Positions 26,590 through 38,800 of a stretch of DNA of 64,000 nucleotides are shown piece by piece. Within the stretch, counting starts at the first letter, position 1. Every line of letters begins with the position of its first letter. The translations under genes and the position numbers were made by a program. The stretch is from Tubiluchus corallicola. Its lineage: Eukaryota; Animalia; Priapulida. The notes below the pieces were generated by a model. It was not told the origin of the DNA. It did no database searches and worked only from the letters and a program-made list of their open reading frames with translations. The stretch spans positions 62,001 through 126,000 of the forward strand of contig JAQGDQ010000022.1 of assembly GCA_030141605.1 (NCBI GenBank), in the 5' to 3' direction.

Positions 26590-27030
26590 TGATTGGACAG
26601 ATCACGAAAATTATTGACTGTGGTAGACGTCACTTATTTTTTTATTATTATGAATTTATTTCGCATGCAAATATACAGCGTACAAAGACAACTTAATTTC
26701 AACATGCTAAGTTCTTTTAAGATGATGGAGCCGGCAAACAAGCACAAAGACCAAACAACCCTAGTATTGCTCTTGATTTATTATTGTAGACAAGACAATA
26801 TGGTATTTCGAACAGTAGATAAGTTTAAAAATTTAAGCAACTATTCACAACCGTGGCCGTGTGATGCGGTTGGTAGTTCAAAAGACTTTTTCCAAATTTG
26901 CAACCACTACTGAACCACTTATATCCCGAATAAAAGCAATCAACGTTACTATTTCTCTGCCTATTATGTGGCGCTGTGTCGAGTCTCTTGACCGGAAGAC
27001 CCACTACCCACACGTCAATGATTTCTAATG
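26590..27030 (-). mobile_element. Degraded LINE (CR1/L2-group) reverse transcriptase remnant
   Basis: Motifs in the expected order across frameshifts: KRLDTAPHNR (KAFDTVPHxRL), GISGS..WKKSF..TNR, PYCLVYNN (PLLFLIYIND), LCLFAG (LFADD), RDL. Confidence 0.6.
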
Positions 27031-30030
27031 ATCAAAAGCGATTTTTACTCAGGGTAGGCTGGCTAACATTTTAAAGATTGGGAGTATCAGGTTCACACTA
27101 TTTTTGTGCACAATGATAACAGGTTTTACACATGATAATAAATCATAGAGGGATTTTCTTCCTTATAATATCAAATCAAGGTCACAAGGTCAAATAGTAT
27201 AATGAAGATGAGTCCACAGTATTTACAATCATGTTGTAAACTAGTACGTTCGGGTACATTGTTGAGGACTGTTTGCAATGTTTGCTACATTAAACTGTAT
27301 AAGGTTTGGCATCACAGTCTAGTTAATTCCACAATATTTATTTCGTAATAAAGGCATGTAAGCTCTGGTCCTAGAATGACATAGATTATCTATTTGGGAA
27401 AAACGCGTCTATAGAAACTCGAAAGCCCATGTTGTTAAAAATAAGCAGTTTGTATTTCTTCTTAGTTTTCTGCCTGCTTAGTTTGAAGAACTTTTAGAGG
27501 CACATGAGAATTTACAACAGCCTTATTTTGTAAATTTCATATTTTGAACATTTTTAAACACACATAAATCACTCAAAATCAGCTGCTATCTGTTCAAGCT
27601 GAGCAACTTTACCTATTTACTTTGAGTGGCTGTAATAGGGTTTACATGAACAATATGCACAACCAAACTTTTTGCATTTATTTACATAGAGAATTTTTTT
27701 TGCTGAGCGGTATAATGGTAAAAAAAAACAATGTACAGTACACATACTTCATATGCTAAATGCTTTAAACAAAGCTTTTATCGCTGTTTAAATCATACAA
27801 TCAAATCTAGTTCTGGCACTGCTATGTAAGTTTACGTAAAAACGTCTAAGCTCTGGTTCTACAATAAACATCAGTCATCACCATTTTTTACAGCCCATAA
27901 CATGTTTTAGAGACATGGTTGATTTGTAAATAACAGAAATAATTGTTTTGGTAATATTGTAACATTTGTTCCTGGTTGTACATTTCAACTTTCCTGTTTC
28001 TCCTTTTTCCAACGTAAAATTAATGGACCTGTCAGTTCAGACTGAGAAATAGTTTGCTCTTTAAGTCTTAAATCGTACTACCTTTAACACGAGGCGAATG
28101 AACAATAATGCTAACAAACTGTCACGATGGGAATACGATTTAATTAAACTCAGCTTTCATCTGGAAAATGCTGCTTGTGGCGTTTACATTTGTGTCGTTT
28201 GTATGATATATGGGCCTAAGAGCTAAGATATTGCCAGAATAATTTGTTATTTGTCTGATTAAACTAGATGAAAGGATCGTGGCAACGAACTGCACTTCGA
28301 TGTGAACGTGTCATTAAATAAACCCTAACAAAAGTTCGTGAAAATAATTAAATGTAATTAAGCATTTAATTAGAGCGTGTACGAGGACTTTGCAGAGGCT
28401 GCTAACCAGTTTGCAAGCTAAACAGTCATTATTATTTTTAAGTAGATAATAATTAGGTCATTTGCGAGAAACTGTTGTTATAAAGCTGCAAGCAATCTAC
28501 TTGTTTTATCAACAAAAATTAGTCTTTGATTGCAGCTTCATTTCACTAAAGTAATTACCAACTTCGTAACAACAAATTAAATTCACTGTCAGACACATTA
28601 AAGATCATCTACATGAATAAAAGTTGCAAGTCCGAACGAACTTGCAACTCTGTTCCATTCGCACCAACAACAACAATGAACCAATAGCGACAGCACTGGC
28701 AGCAGCGGTTGTGGCAGCACACATTAGTGAGCGACGGCAATGAAGTACTGCCTTTTATTAGATCACAACTTTTAAAGTTAGGTTATAGTCCAATGTTGTA
28801 AATGTTTTTCCTGTGACACATTGTTCGCGCATGTAGTACCATTGTTTAATTAGAAAACGAAGCATTATATATTGGTGTATCTTTTTTGCAGTGATTCGCC
28901 CAAATATTATTTAGTATCATTTACAAAATTTTCTCTGTCATGGCAGATGTAGTTGCAAAGTGACTACTGTCAAGACTACAACAGTAGCGCAGTAAATGAA
29001 TTTACACATTTACACAATAAAGAACGTTAGCTGTCAGAGGAAAAAACGCTGGCTTACGTTTCAACGAAAACTCTAGAGGATCAGCCTCATTTTACTGACA
29101 AAAATAAAAGCATTTCGTCTAAAAATGATTTCAAAGTTGCTAGTAGCATTTGTATTTTGACGTTGTTGCATTACTTTTTGTTTGCACATTAGCAAAGTCA
29201 TCAATATTAATGTTCGTAATGGGTTTGACGATAATTTTTCATGCTGCCATGGCATTTTGCTGCTTTTATTATTGTTATTGCATATAACCCTTTAAACAGC
29301 GCTGCTTCCAGGTGATACTACGTGGAATATGCGCTCATTATTGATGACTGGTGAATTGTGTTGTGTTTAGATGGACAGCATAGTCACGGGTTCTACTTGG
29401 AACAGTGGAAAAAACAACAACAGCGACAACAGTTTAATAGTTTTCTCAGATAGCGCTATCTGGGTATTTATTAACAATCATTTTTAATTATAGTAAGTCT
29501 TCTTTGAATATTCAATGTAAAATATTCAGTGTGTTGTACTAAAACTAGGCATATTTTAAGATAAAAATTCAAATTTCAAATTTACCGCTGTGCTCACGCA
29601 TGAGCTGTCGAACGTACGTAGTTCGTCAGAGACTAACACATCTGAACTGAGAGATACAGTACCTGTTTTACTGTAATGCGCTTCCGAAATGCAAGCGTTA
29701 GTGCCCGTCTAACCAGGAACGGGCGAAATGCATGTAACAGCGAAGAACTAATGGCGCGAACGCGTGTTTGTGTAGTAATAATTCTTTCACTTTTGAAAAA
29801 ATAGTGTGTTCCCTTTCAATATTTTAAAGAGCAGATTGTTTTGACCTACAGTTTAAGATTGGGTCCGGTTTTGCGTGAGTACAACAGTATGAAGCAACTT
29901 TTTTAAATAAACGCTTGCAAGTAAAGTCAGATTTACAATTATAGCATCTGAAATAAATTTTTATTTCAAATTGTGTGACAGCGCCAAGTTGCAGCCAACG
30001 TTTTTTATTCATAAGCTTGCTACCTTTAAA

Positions 30031-30252
30031 GGCCCGTTTACACTATCGGCGTTCACGATGATTCGACGGGAAAATGGATGGCTGACACGCTTTCCTGATG
30101 CGTGATACCGATGAAATTCGGTTGGCATAATTCTTGACTGACATGCTTCCCAGATAAGATTTACCCAATCAAAGGTCCGAATTTTTCATGTGGGCATTGT
30201 ATTTGTTGCAACGTTGTTATTCTATTGGCAAAGACCGATAGTCTAAACATAC
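30031..30252. mobile_element. PIF/Harbinger-like MITE
   Basis: Left ggcccgtttacactatcgg; right ccgatagtctaaac (13/14 match to the reverse complement). GGCCCGTTTACAC-type terminus with an adjacent TAA. Confidence 0.65.
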
Positions 30253-30284
30253 GGCACTCATGTGGATACGTGACATCGGTGACT

Positions 30285-30508
30285 CGGTGACCAGTAATAA
30301 AGTCACAGTAAATAAACTCACAGTCGCGAGAAAAATCCGCAATTCTGGCTAGGAAAAAAGTCGCAATTAATTTTGGCTAGGGTTACGGTTAGGGGTTAGG
30401 GGCTAGAGTTAGGGTTAGGACCATTTCTTTTTTGTGCCTTTTGCCTGTGACTTTTTGCCTGCGACTTTTTTACTGTGACTTTATCTGTGATTTTTTTACC
30501 TAGACTCC
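30285..30508. mobile_element. Foldback MITE with tandem aaaagtcacag / ctgtgactttt subrepeats and a central degenerate TTAGGG tract
   Basis: Left-arm repeats aaaagtcacag/aaagtcgca; right-arm repeats ctgtgactttt/ctgcgactttt; core 30375-30419 ggctagggttacggttaggggttaggggctagagttagggttagg. Confidence 0.75.
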
Positions 30509-30949
30509 TTTACTCAAGTATTAATTTTCCAATATGCTTAATTATAAATTTGCTAATTTTGCTTAATTATAAATTTGGTTTAAAGAACGATGCGAAAATT
30601 ACGATTTTATTTTTATTACTTTGATATTATAAGTAAAAATGTCTGGAGAAACCTTGGTGGTGTTACTGCCTACTAACATTTGGCACTGCAAAATTCAATT
30701 TAAACTTTAGCAGTGTTAACTAAACCTATAAAAACCGATTTTTCGTTCACTAATGCTCTGCTCTTCTGCGCTTATTGCGACTCAGTCGTGCAATGTTATT
30801 GAACGTTCCCATTCAACTGCAGTTGTTTGACTTGTCCGAGTATCAAAAGTTAGTTCTTTGCTTTAACTTAAAATTAGCGCTTGGAAATGAATTCTGCCAG
30901 ACTGTTCAAACTTTGACTGCCCAGCATCAATCAATCTGCCGTTGACGTG

Positions 30950-32560
30950 TTGTGATTCGAGTTACTTTAATGGTAACATAATTATCTCGGCTGTCAAAAG
31001 ACTCGAAACTGAAAAGCCTAATTGAAAGCAGCAGAGAGCGTACTCCTCAGCCTGCTGTCATAGCGCAATTTACATTCCCCGCTACCTGATTTCGCGGTGT
31101 TTTTTTACAAGAAGTTCTTGGTCCATTCTTTCTTCCTCTTAAGATCTTTAATTTAATATACGACCAGACGAGAAAATCATAACCAACCGATATGATCACT
31201 TCATCCAGTATTTTCTATTTTTTCGCCCGTTAAAGCAAGCAAGCGTACACCCTGATGTTGCCTTCATCACATCAATTGTTAATGATGTGTCTGACACTGA
31301 AAGTTAGGGAGGCAGCGAAGAAAGAAACAGTAATGCATCACAAGTCGAAAGTCAATGGTTACCATCCAATAGTCAATGTTCCAAAACTCACAAGGGTCTA
31401 TTGCAAAGGTTGACTTTATGGTATCTATGATCTCAGAAATAAGTCACAACTTGAATGTATGAATGGGTACGAAGATGAACGGGCCCGCCTGGCTTCTAGA
31501 CCTTTCTTTCGATTTTACAGGAAGTAAAAAAGAAAACGAATTTAGCACGCTTCCGTGTGGACATTTCTCAAAATACTCGATTTGAATACTGTGAGCTGCT
31601 ACTTCAGCCTATTTCTGACAACACAAACTCATACAGCAATTGTAACTTACTATTAATGCTCATATCTCTGACATTTGACACCATTTTTTTCTTATCAGGC
31701 AAAAACAGAAATAGTTTACCGACTGACTGCTGCACTGTGCCGTCCACACTTTTCTTGTGCACTTTTAAAATTCAGTTCGAGTTCAATTTTTGAATTTCTA
31801 AATTTTAAACCATGTTTTGTTTCCTGGTTGATATTGTTTCTACACGGTTAGTTTTTAGGTGCTTGTGTAACAACTTTCTATTACTTTTTGAGTGGTTCTG
31901 CTATATTTCCGCAAAACTGATGTTAAAATTTAAAAAGGTACTCAAAATCGAAAATATTATTATATTTGTTTGCTCAGATACATGCACAGCGTGTGTGCAA
32001 AACATTAAAATTTTAACTCATGTCTTCTTCAATAGAGGGACTTTAATATTACGTAAAAGGCGTCTATTGACCAGACGCCTCAATCAAAATTGTCCTTGCG
32101 TAACCGAAGTGGGTTAGCGTGCAGCTCGTTAATTCTTTACTGAGAGTGATAAAGTTGATCAAAATACGTATACAATTCTGTATCTTTCCCAGTTTGAACA
32201 ATGAACACACAATGAAATAATTGGCTAGGGTAGCATTTTTTTATGAGTGACCGTTCGATACTAAAGCGGTATCGCTTTCCAGCAATACCGTTGGTTGAAA
32301 ACTGTTGATACTTTCTGTCCACTCTCCTGGACGTCTTAATCATGATGAGCGCACGGGAAAAGAGGTTGACATCCTTAAAAGGTTCCGACACCTTTTATTA
32401 AAAGCCGTCTGTCAAATATCATCGACTCCTGGTTTTGTTGTAATACTTCCCAGTGACATTTCACCAATTTTCTTTCTTAATCGATCTGTGGCAGCAACTA
32501 AAAGGACTTCAAAACTGTTTTCTTATCGTTGTTATTTATTGCTTTAATAAAAATCTCGAT
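30950..32560 (-). mobile_element. Highly degraded Academ-like DNA transposon (XPG/FEN1-like domain) fossil
   Basis: Collinear degenerate motifs on minus: KDVNLFSRALIMIKTSRRVD, VDGTVQQ (31727-31747), VKSKERSRS (31492-31518), CDLFLRS, CDEGNIRV (31248-31271; cf. HEEADTR), VIISVGYD (cf. DTD), LGF..LT (cf. FHAFTGCD). Many stops and frameshifts. Confidence 0.5.
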
Positions 32561-32830
32561 GCAGATTAGATAATGTTTTCTCTGTCAAATACATGCGCTT
32601 TGGATTTCACCGAATTTCTATTCCTATGGACCTGATTACATTAGCTGTAATATAGGCATTGTAATGGTTAGATACTACGGCCTATCATTGAACATACATT
32701 CATAACATTTTCGTCGCTCTCATCATCATCGTTCGTGATTTTCGCTATCACCATTATTGTCGTCATCACCAACATCAGTGTCATCCGCTTTGTCGTCATC
32801 ATCAGCATTATTAGTGCCATAACTGCCATG

Positions 32831-33046
32831 TGTTGTAAAGTTTTAGATCCGATACATAGAAAGAAACTCATCTTTATATATAGAAATTTGCAAGCTATAT
32901 TCTTTATTGTGTACAGGAAGACCGTAAGTGTGCCGTAAACTAAAACTAAACATATCTTTCTAGGAAATATCTAGGAAATTGGCCTAGTTAAAGGCCTGAA
33001 CTGTATTGAAGCCCATATGAATAAAGCGGAACTTAAATTCTCGACA
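32831..33046 (-). repeat. Putative 3' LTR of the BEL/Pao element
   Basis: On minus, PPT-like gtcgggag is followed immediately by TGTCGAG...; an AATAAA lies inside; ends ...tttacaACA. No partner LTR was found in the window. Confidence 0.5.
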
Positions 33047-36000
33047 CTCCCGACAAACAAAAAAGTTTACATAATTTGCAATTAAGCAGATAAGTACGTT
33101 CATTTCACTGAAACGTCACAACAAAATTACTGTACTTCAGTAAGATGGCAGCGTAGTCACTCTCGCTACGTAATCACAACTTAATACTTTAGCAGTATGT
33201 AAAGATTTCACATAGCAAATTGTTAAATCAAAACGAAAATATCGTGATAGCAAAACAATATTGGTTAAACAAACACACAAATTTGCAAATTTAAAACAAC
33301 GAAAGGACTGAATGAAACAGATTTTCTGTAGGATTTCATAATGTTTCTGATTTTAAAGTCCATTAACGTTGTTTAAGATTTAGCTTCCTCTGCTGCAATT
33401 CTCGAAATTCGTTTAGCGGCAGTGATGGCGGCAGCTCTGGTCGATGTGGGTCGAATAGCCGGATGAGCGGAATCAGCTGCACCTTGGTTTTTTCCGTTTT
33501 CTTCAGTGTCGGTGTTGTGAACAGAATCATCATCCAACTCCAGAGGAAACAAGAAATTTAAAGGACGAACTCGTTCACTATTCTTCTTTTGATTTCCTCT
33601 CACCAGTACTTTGGCGGCTCGAATATTGCCATCTTGGCTACGAATGAGCTCTGTGATACGGCCCAATTTCCACTGGCTTCTGGGAATATCCATATCTTGC
33701 ACAACAACGACGTCATTGATGCAGGGCAGATAATGTGAGGCGACGTGTTTTTGTTTCACAGACGACTGGTAGCGTTCTCGTAAGCTCAATATAGTCTCTT
33801 TGGCAAATCGTCCAAAATGCGTCCAACTGCTTCGGGCCTGTCTTCCAATGTGTAAGTAAGGTTTGTGCAGAAGACGGAGGCTCTGCTTGGTAGGTAGGGT
33901 CAAGGTCAAAGATCGACTCAATAGATGTTGTGTCGATTATGTTGAATGAAAGAGTGTTGAGGAAATGATTAGGTGTGATAACTGTGAATGAATGAATGCT
34001 AGAATCAACGTAAGTGAGGGGGCGACTATTAAGAATATTTTCCACCTCAACCAGAAGGATATTAAGTTGGCATTCATATAAGGGTTTGCAGCCAATAGTC
34101 TTTTTCAGGCAGCGTTTTACATTACTAACGAGAATTTCGTAAAAGCCGCTAATCCAGGGACTCGGGAGAATAATGAATTGTCAGGTGATTGCTGCTTGCC
34201 CCAGAAAATTTTGAACTTGGGTAGACATAACTATTGCATAAAGAATGCGACTGCTTTGCAAGATGAAAGTGGCTAGTATTGTCACTAATGATTGTTTTTG
34301 GTGTTCCGCGACGGGCAATGAAACATCGTAAAGCCAAAATCAGTAAAGCCATCCATTTTGCGACGTACAGTACAATGATTGAGCACTTTTTTGACAAGAG
34401 CTCTGCCTGCCGGAATCCAATAGTTTTGCCGCAGTAAAGCACGGGTTTGAGCAGTTCCGACATGCAGTTCGGCAGAATCTGTTTTACTAACAATTTAGTG
34501 AAATAACTGTTTTTGGGCAATAATATAGGTAAATTTTCACCTTGTGTTGGACAGATTTGCTTCACTCTACTCAAGCAACGGATTAGACCCTGTCGTCCTA
34601 CAACGTTCACAATTCGCGCAGTGACGGATGCAAAGAGTTGAAACAACCGTCTGACAGGAAGTACTCTTCATGTTGAATATATTTTATCCACTCTAGACGC
34701 GCGTGATAAACTTCAGCAGCCGTAAGGGCTCCCGCTGCAGGTGATCCATGCATCCACCTATCTATTGCTCGATAGAGCCAGCATTTTGCGTTTATTAGCC
34801 GAGTAAGAGACGAAAATCTGTTTATATCAAAAACTGAGAACTCATGTACTGTATGTTGTACAGTTTGTACCAAGCAGCTCGTTTCAAAAAGCACTGAGCT
34901 TCCGTGTTTTACTTCTTTATTTATTTGTTCGAGCTTTTCAGACATCAATGTAGGCATCCACGAAATTTGTAGCTCGTACGCCTATTAGTAGCTCTAAAAG
35001 TTCGACGTGTGGAATACTTGTGTTAGGTGGTGCTGTGCGTGCCTTTGAGAATATAAGATGAGTAGTGCATTTGCCATCATAGCATTGTCTAAGATAGATG
35101 ATGGCACAGTACGCATTCTGAGAGCCATCTATAAAACAGATGAGTTGAATCTCATTCGAAGAATGACAATGCATTTGAATAACGCATCTAGGGACGTTTA
35201 TAAGCAAAATCAGTCTAAGAGATTCAACAAGTTCTAACCAGGTGGCGCGATGAATATCATCTATAACAGTGTCCCAATCATATTTTTCTCGCCACAGAGA
35301 ATTAATAAACAATTTAGCACCTATTACAAGGGCGCTTACAAGACCAAGGGGGTCAAATATTTTTGCGACTGCTTGAACAATTTTCCACTTAGTAGTTGCT
35401 TCAGTGAAACAAGTAAAGTCAATACGAGCAATAGATGCCGTATCATTAATTATATCCCAACTGAGGCCTAATAACTTGGCATAATTTGCTAACACTTGTT
35501 CTTTTTCTGGTAAGGATTCAATGAACTCATTTGAGTTAGAAGACCATTCTCTTAAGTTAAAACCTGCTGTTGAGAACAGGGTTTTTGCATCGTCATAGAA
35601 AACTAAGGCTTCCCCAAAAGTGGCCACCCCTGTAATTAGGTTGTCGACATACATGTCCCTCATAATGTTTTCAACTATGGGGTATGTCTGTCCCATTGAT
35701 CGAAGGTGGTGATTAATTGTGCCAGAAAGAAGAAACGGAGAGGAAATAAGGCCAAAGGGGGACCTTGTAAAGCGAAATCTTGAAGATTTTTACCTAAGAC
35801 ATGTGGTTAATCCATAGGAAGCGAGTGATGTCCCTGTCTTCTTCATGTAGCCCGACGTGCAAAAAAGCTATTGCAATGGGATGCAATCTAAAACGAAGCA
35901 GTATGCCACATAAATCTGGCAGAAGAACAGGACCACGAAGAAGACATTGATTTAATGACACTGCAGTGGGGATTGCCTTTGCAGATCCGTCAAACACTAC

Positions 36001-38800
36001 TCGGACTTGGGAAGTAGCTCGTTCTGGCTTGATCGCAGCATGGTGTGGGATGTAGTGATGTAGGGCCCTGAATAATATCTGGGGTGACGAGTTCAATTAT
36101 TCCCTTAGCATGCTGATCGCGTATCACTTTGTCATACTGGGCCAGTGAGTCGGGCAGAGAACTAAGTTTTCTAAGACAAGATTTGAGATGCCCGAGTGCA
36201 AGATTAAAGTTATCAGGTAAAGGAGGATGATTTGTTTTCCAGAGCCAGGAAACATAATATCTATTACCACGAAATTAAATTGAGCTACTGAAGTTTTGTT
36301 GGGCCGTTTCATCAGGTGAATGACTTGGACAGTCCGTTATGCCCAACGTGTTTAGGTCCCAGAATCGCCCTATAGAAAAGACGTGATCAGGTTTATGTTT
36401 CCAATTCTCCGGTAAAGCATCCTCCATACAAGAGAGATAAGTTTTGCCAGAAGGAGTGAACAAAGGGTCACAGAGCAGCCCTAAACCGTTTGTAGTAACG
36501 CCAGGCTGTATACACGAGAGAGGTTTCTTCATGCTCAAAACTAAGACTGCATGAAGCCGTAGTATTTATTCTCCCACCAACTATTTTTCCCACTATGGAA
36601 TCAATCAGGTACAGTCCTGGGAAGATGTGATACTTATCACACAGAAGTGAAAGATAGTAGTCATTGCCAATCAAAAACTGGTTCTGCCTGCCCAATGCCT
36701 ACAATAGACGTGACGGGCGTATGATGATGATGATGATGTTTCAGATTCTCCATCTTGGTCTGAATCTGCAAGATCAGAAAAACTATCCAGTCGACAACGA
36801 ACTTTTGCAGGTAAGGGTGGCTGGGTAGTAGTAGGTGCAATTTCTGGTATAATTCGCACATTCATTTTAAGTATCTTTGAGCTATCTTTACTAAAAACAT
36901 TAATTGCACCTCCATAGCATTCGATCTTACTAATTGACTGATTCGCAAAGGTGGCTATATTAACAGTTTCAGGGTCTGTTAACGGTTATTCGAGTTCACG
37001 ATTAACCAGTTGCAAGGTTATATAGCTTGATTGCGCACCAGTGTCCAGGTACGCTCGTACAGAAACCTTTTCTAAAGTTCGAAACAGAGCAAGGTTTTCG
37101 TTTATCAGATTCACTAGGGGCGCGACTAATGCATACTTCAGCTGTCTGCATAATCACCCGTTCATTAGCAGAAAAAAGACCAGGCCTGGGGTGATTCGAG
37201 TGCAAAGCAGCTGTTTCTTCAGTTTTTTGTTCAGTTTGATCTACGTCTGGAAACTGCTGATGACAAAGACTACTGTAATGTTTCTTTTTGCAAAAACGAC
37301 AGAGAGCTAAAGAAGGGCAAACAGAAATTATATGATTGCGACCTAAGCAGTTGAAGCAGCGGTCCTCTTTTTCTGTACTACCTATTTTTTGTCTTTTACA
37401 GTAGTAAATTCTGTGCAACCCGAGGGCTTATGTTTACCTTTGCAATGAAAACAGTTGCTTTCTCGACCGTTTAAGTTTTTATCTCGAGCGTCATCTGGCT
37501 TCTGTTTTGATTTAGAAACAGACTGAACAGGTACGAACTCTGAACTTTCCAAAACGCTTTCAGATCGAAGGGTGGGTAGTTTACCGCGCCACTGAGTTGG
37601 AGTATTAGACGCATGCGTAGATAGCGCCTCGGTTTCAACAGCCTCTAGCATAAGAATATACCGACTAAGACGTTTCCTTAATTCGGCAACAGTCCAAGGG
37701 GTGGTTCCATCTAATGACGCGCGCATAGCTTGTAACACAGAGCGTGGGAGTTTTTGTACTATTAACGGTACAAGTATAAGGGTGTTCACTGTTTGGCCTA
37801 GCGCCTCGAGGCTGCGCAAATGTAGTTCTAAGTTATTATAAAATTTTCGTAAATTTTTTGCGCCCTCCCCAGCTAGTTCTAAATGTGTAAGTTTTCGGTA
37901 ATGTTGAAACGTGATTCAAGAATGTCAAGCGTTACTTGGTAGTTATCGTTATTGACTGCATAATCTTGAATAGCTTTCAAGGCTGAGCCAGTTAGCCTAG
38001 ATTTCAAGTATTGGAATTTGTGACCATTAGCCAAAGCAGTGCGATCGTGTATTGTATGCTTAAAAGCGTCAAAAAAATCTTTCCAGTTTACAATCTCCCC
38101 TGAAAAAACTGGTAATTCAAAACGGGGCAGTTTTACATTAGATAAACTTTGACTGGCAGTAGAATGCAAATGTGACTGAATTGGAACGGGAGTAGTAGCT
38201 CTATCAAAGGTTGAGTTTAACTGAGTTTGAGTGGGAGTAGCGGCAGCGGCACCTTGAAGAGGGGGTGTTAAAGGAGGAGGCATCGAAGGAGGAGGAAGAG
38301 GAGTATTGGCTCTCGTGGGAAGTGGACTGGAAGGTCTTGTATAGGTAGCAGAAGAATACTGAAGCACATGTTCATTAAGAGCATAAGTGAGTTCACTTAC
38401 AATTCCCGCATGACGATCAGTTTCTTGAATACAGTCAGTCGCACTATCCGTCTCGTCCTTTACCCAAAATGCTTCAATTAGCTTTTCCGTCATCTCTTCT
38501 AGCTTTGACAGCGTGTTTGTAATCTGCTCTTGGCGCTCCCAACTCTTCGTAGAAATGGCGCTGTGTCTTGCTCGATGGTTTCTTTCTCTGTGTCAAGTAG
38601 AATGTTAGCAACATTTACATCCTCAATAAGGCTGTCAAGTGCTTGATGACGTAAGGCTTCCTTGCTGCGTAGGATCTTTTGCCTTCTTGGACTTATTGCT
38701 AGGCATTCCTGAAGACCAAACGTAGGTGAACGTCCGTACAACACATTGAGTTGATGTAAATAAATTCAGATGTAGGTTTTCTGTTCAGATGGTAGACATC
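33047..38800 (-). mobile_element. BEL/Pao LTR retrotransposon gag-pol, inactivated by frameshifts, stops and a deletion
   Basis: DUF1759-type gag (KLPRFELPVFSG...KFQYLKSRLTGSA), Cys-His knuckles (CFHCKGKH, CFNCLGRNH, CRFCKKKH), protease LDTGAQSS, RT (RVVFDGSAK, SLNQCLLRGP, YVDN), Pao RNase H (FDPLG, FIDGSQNAY), integrase (RRGTPKTIISDN, LNSRPLT) and a DUF5641-type C-terminus (WKLGRITEL...DGNIRAA). Confidence 0.95.
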
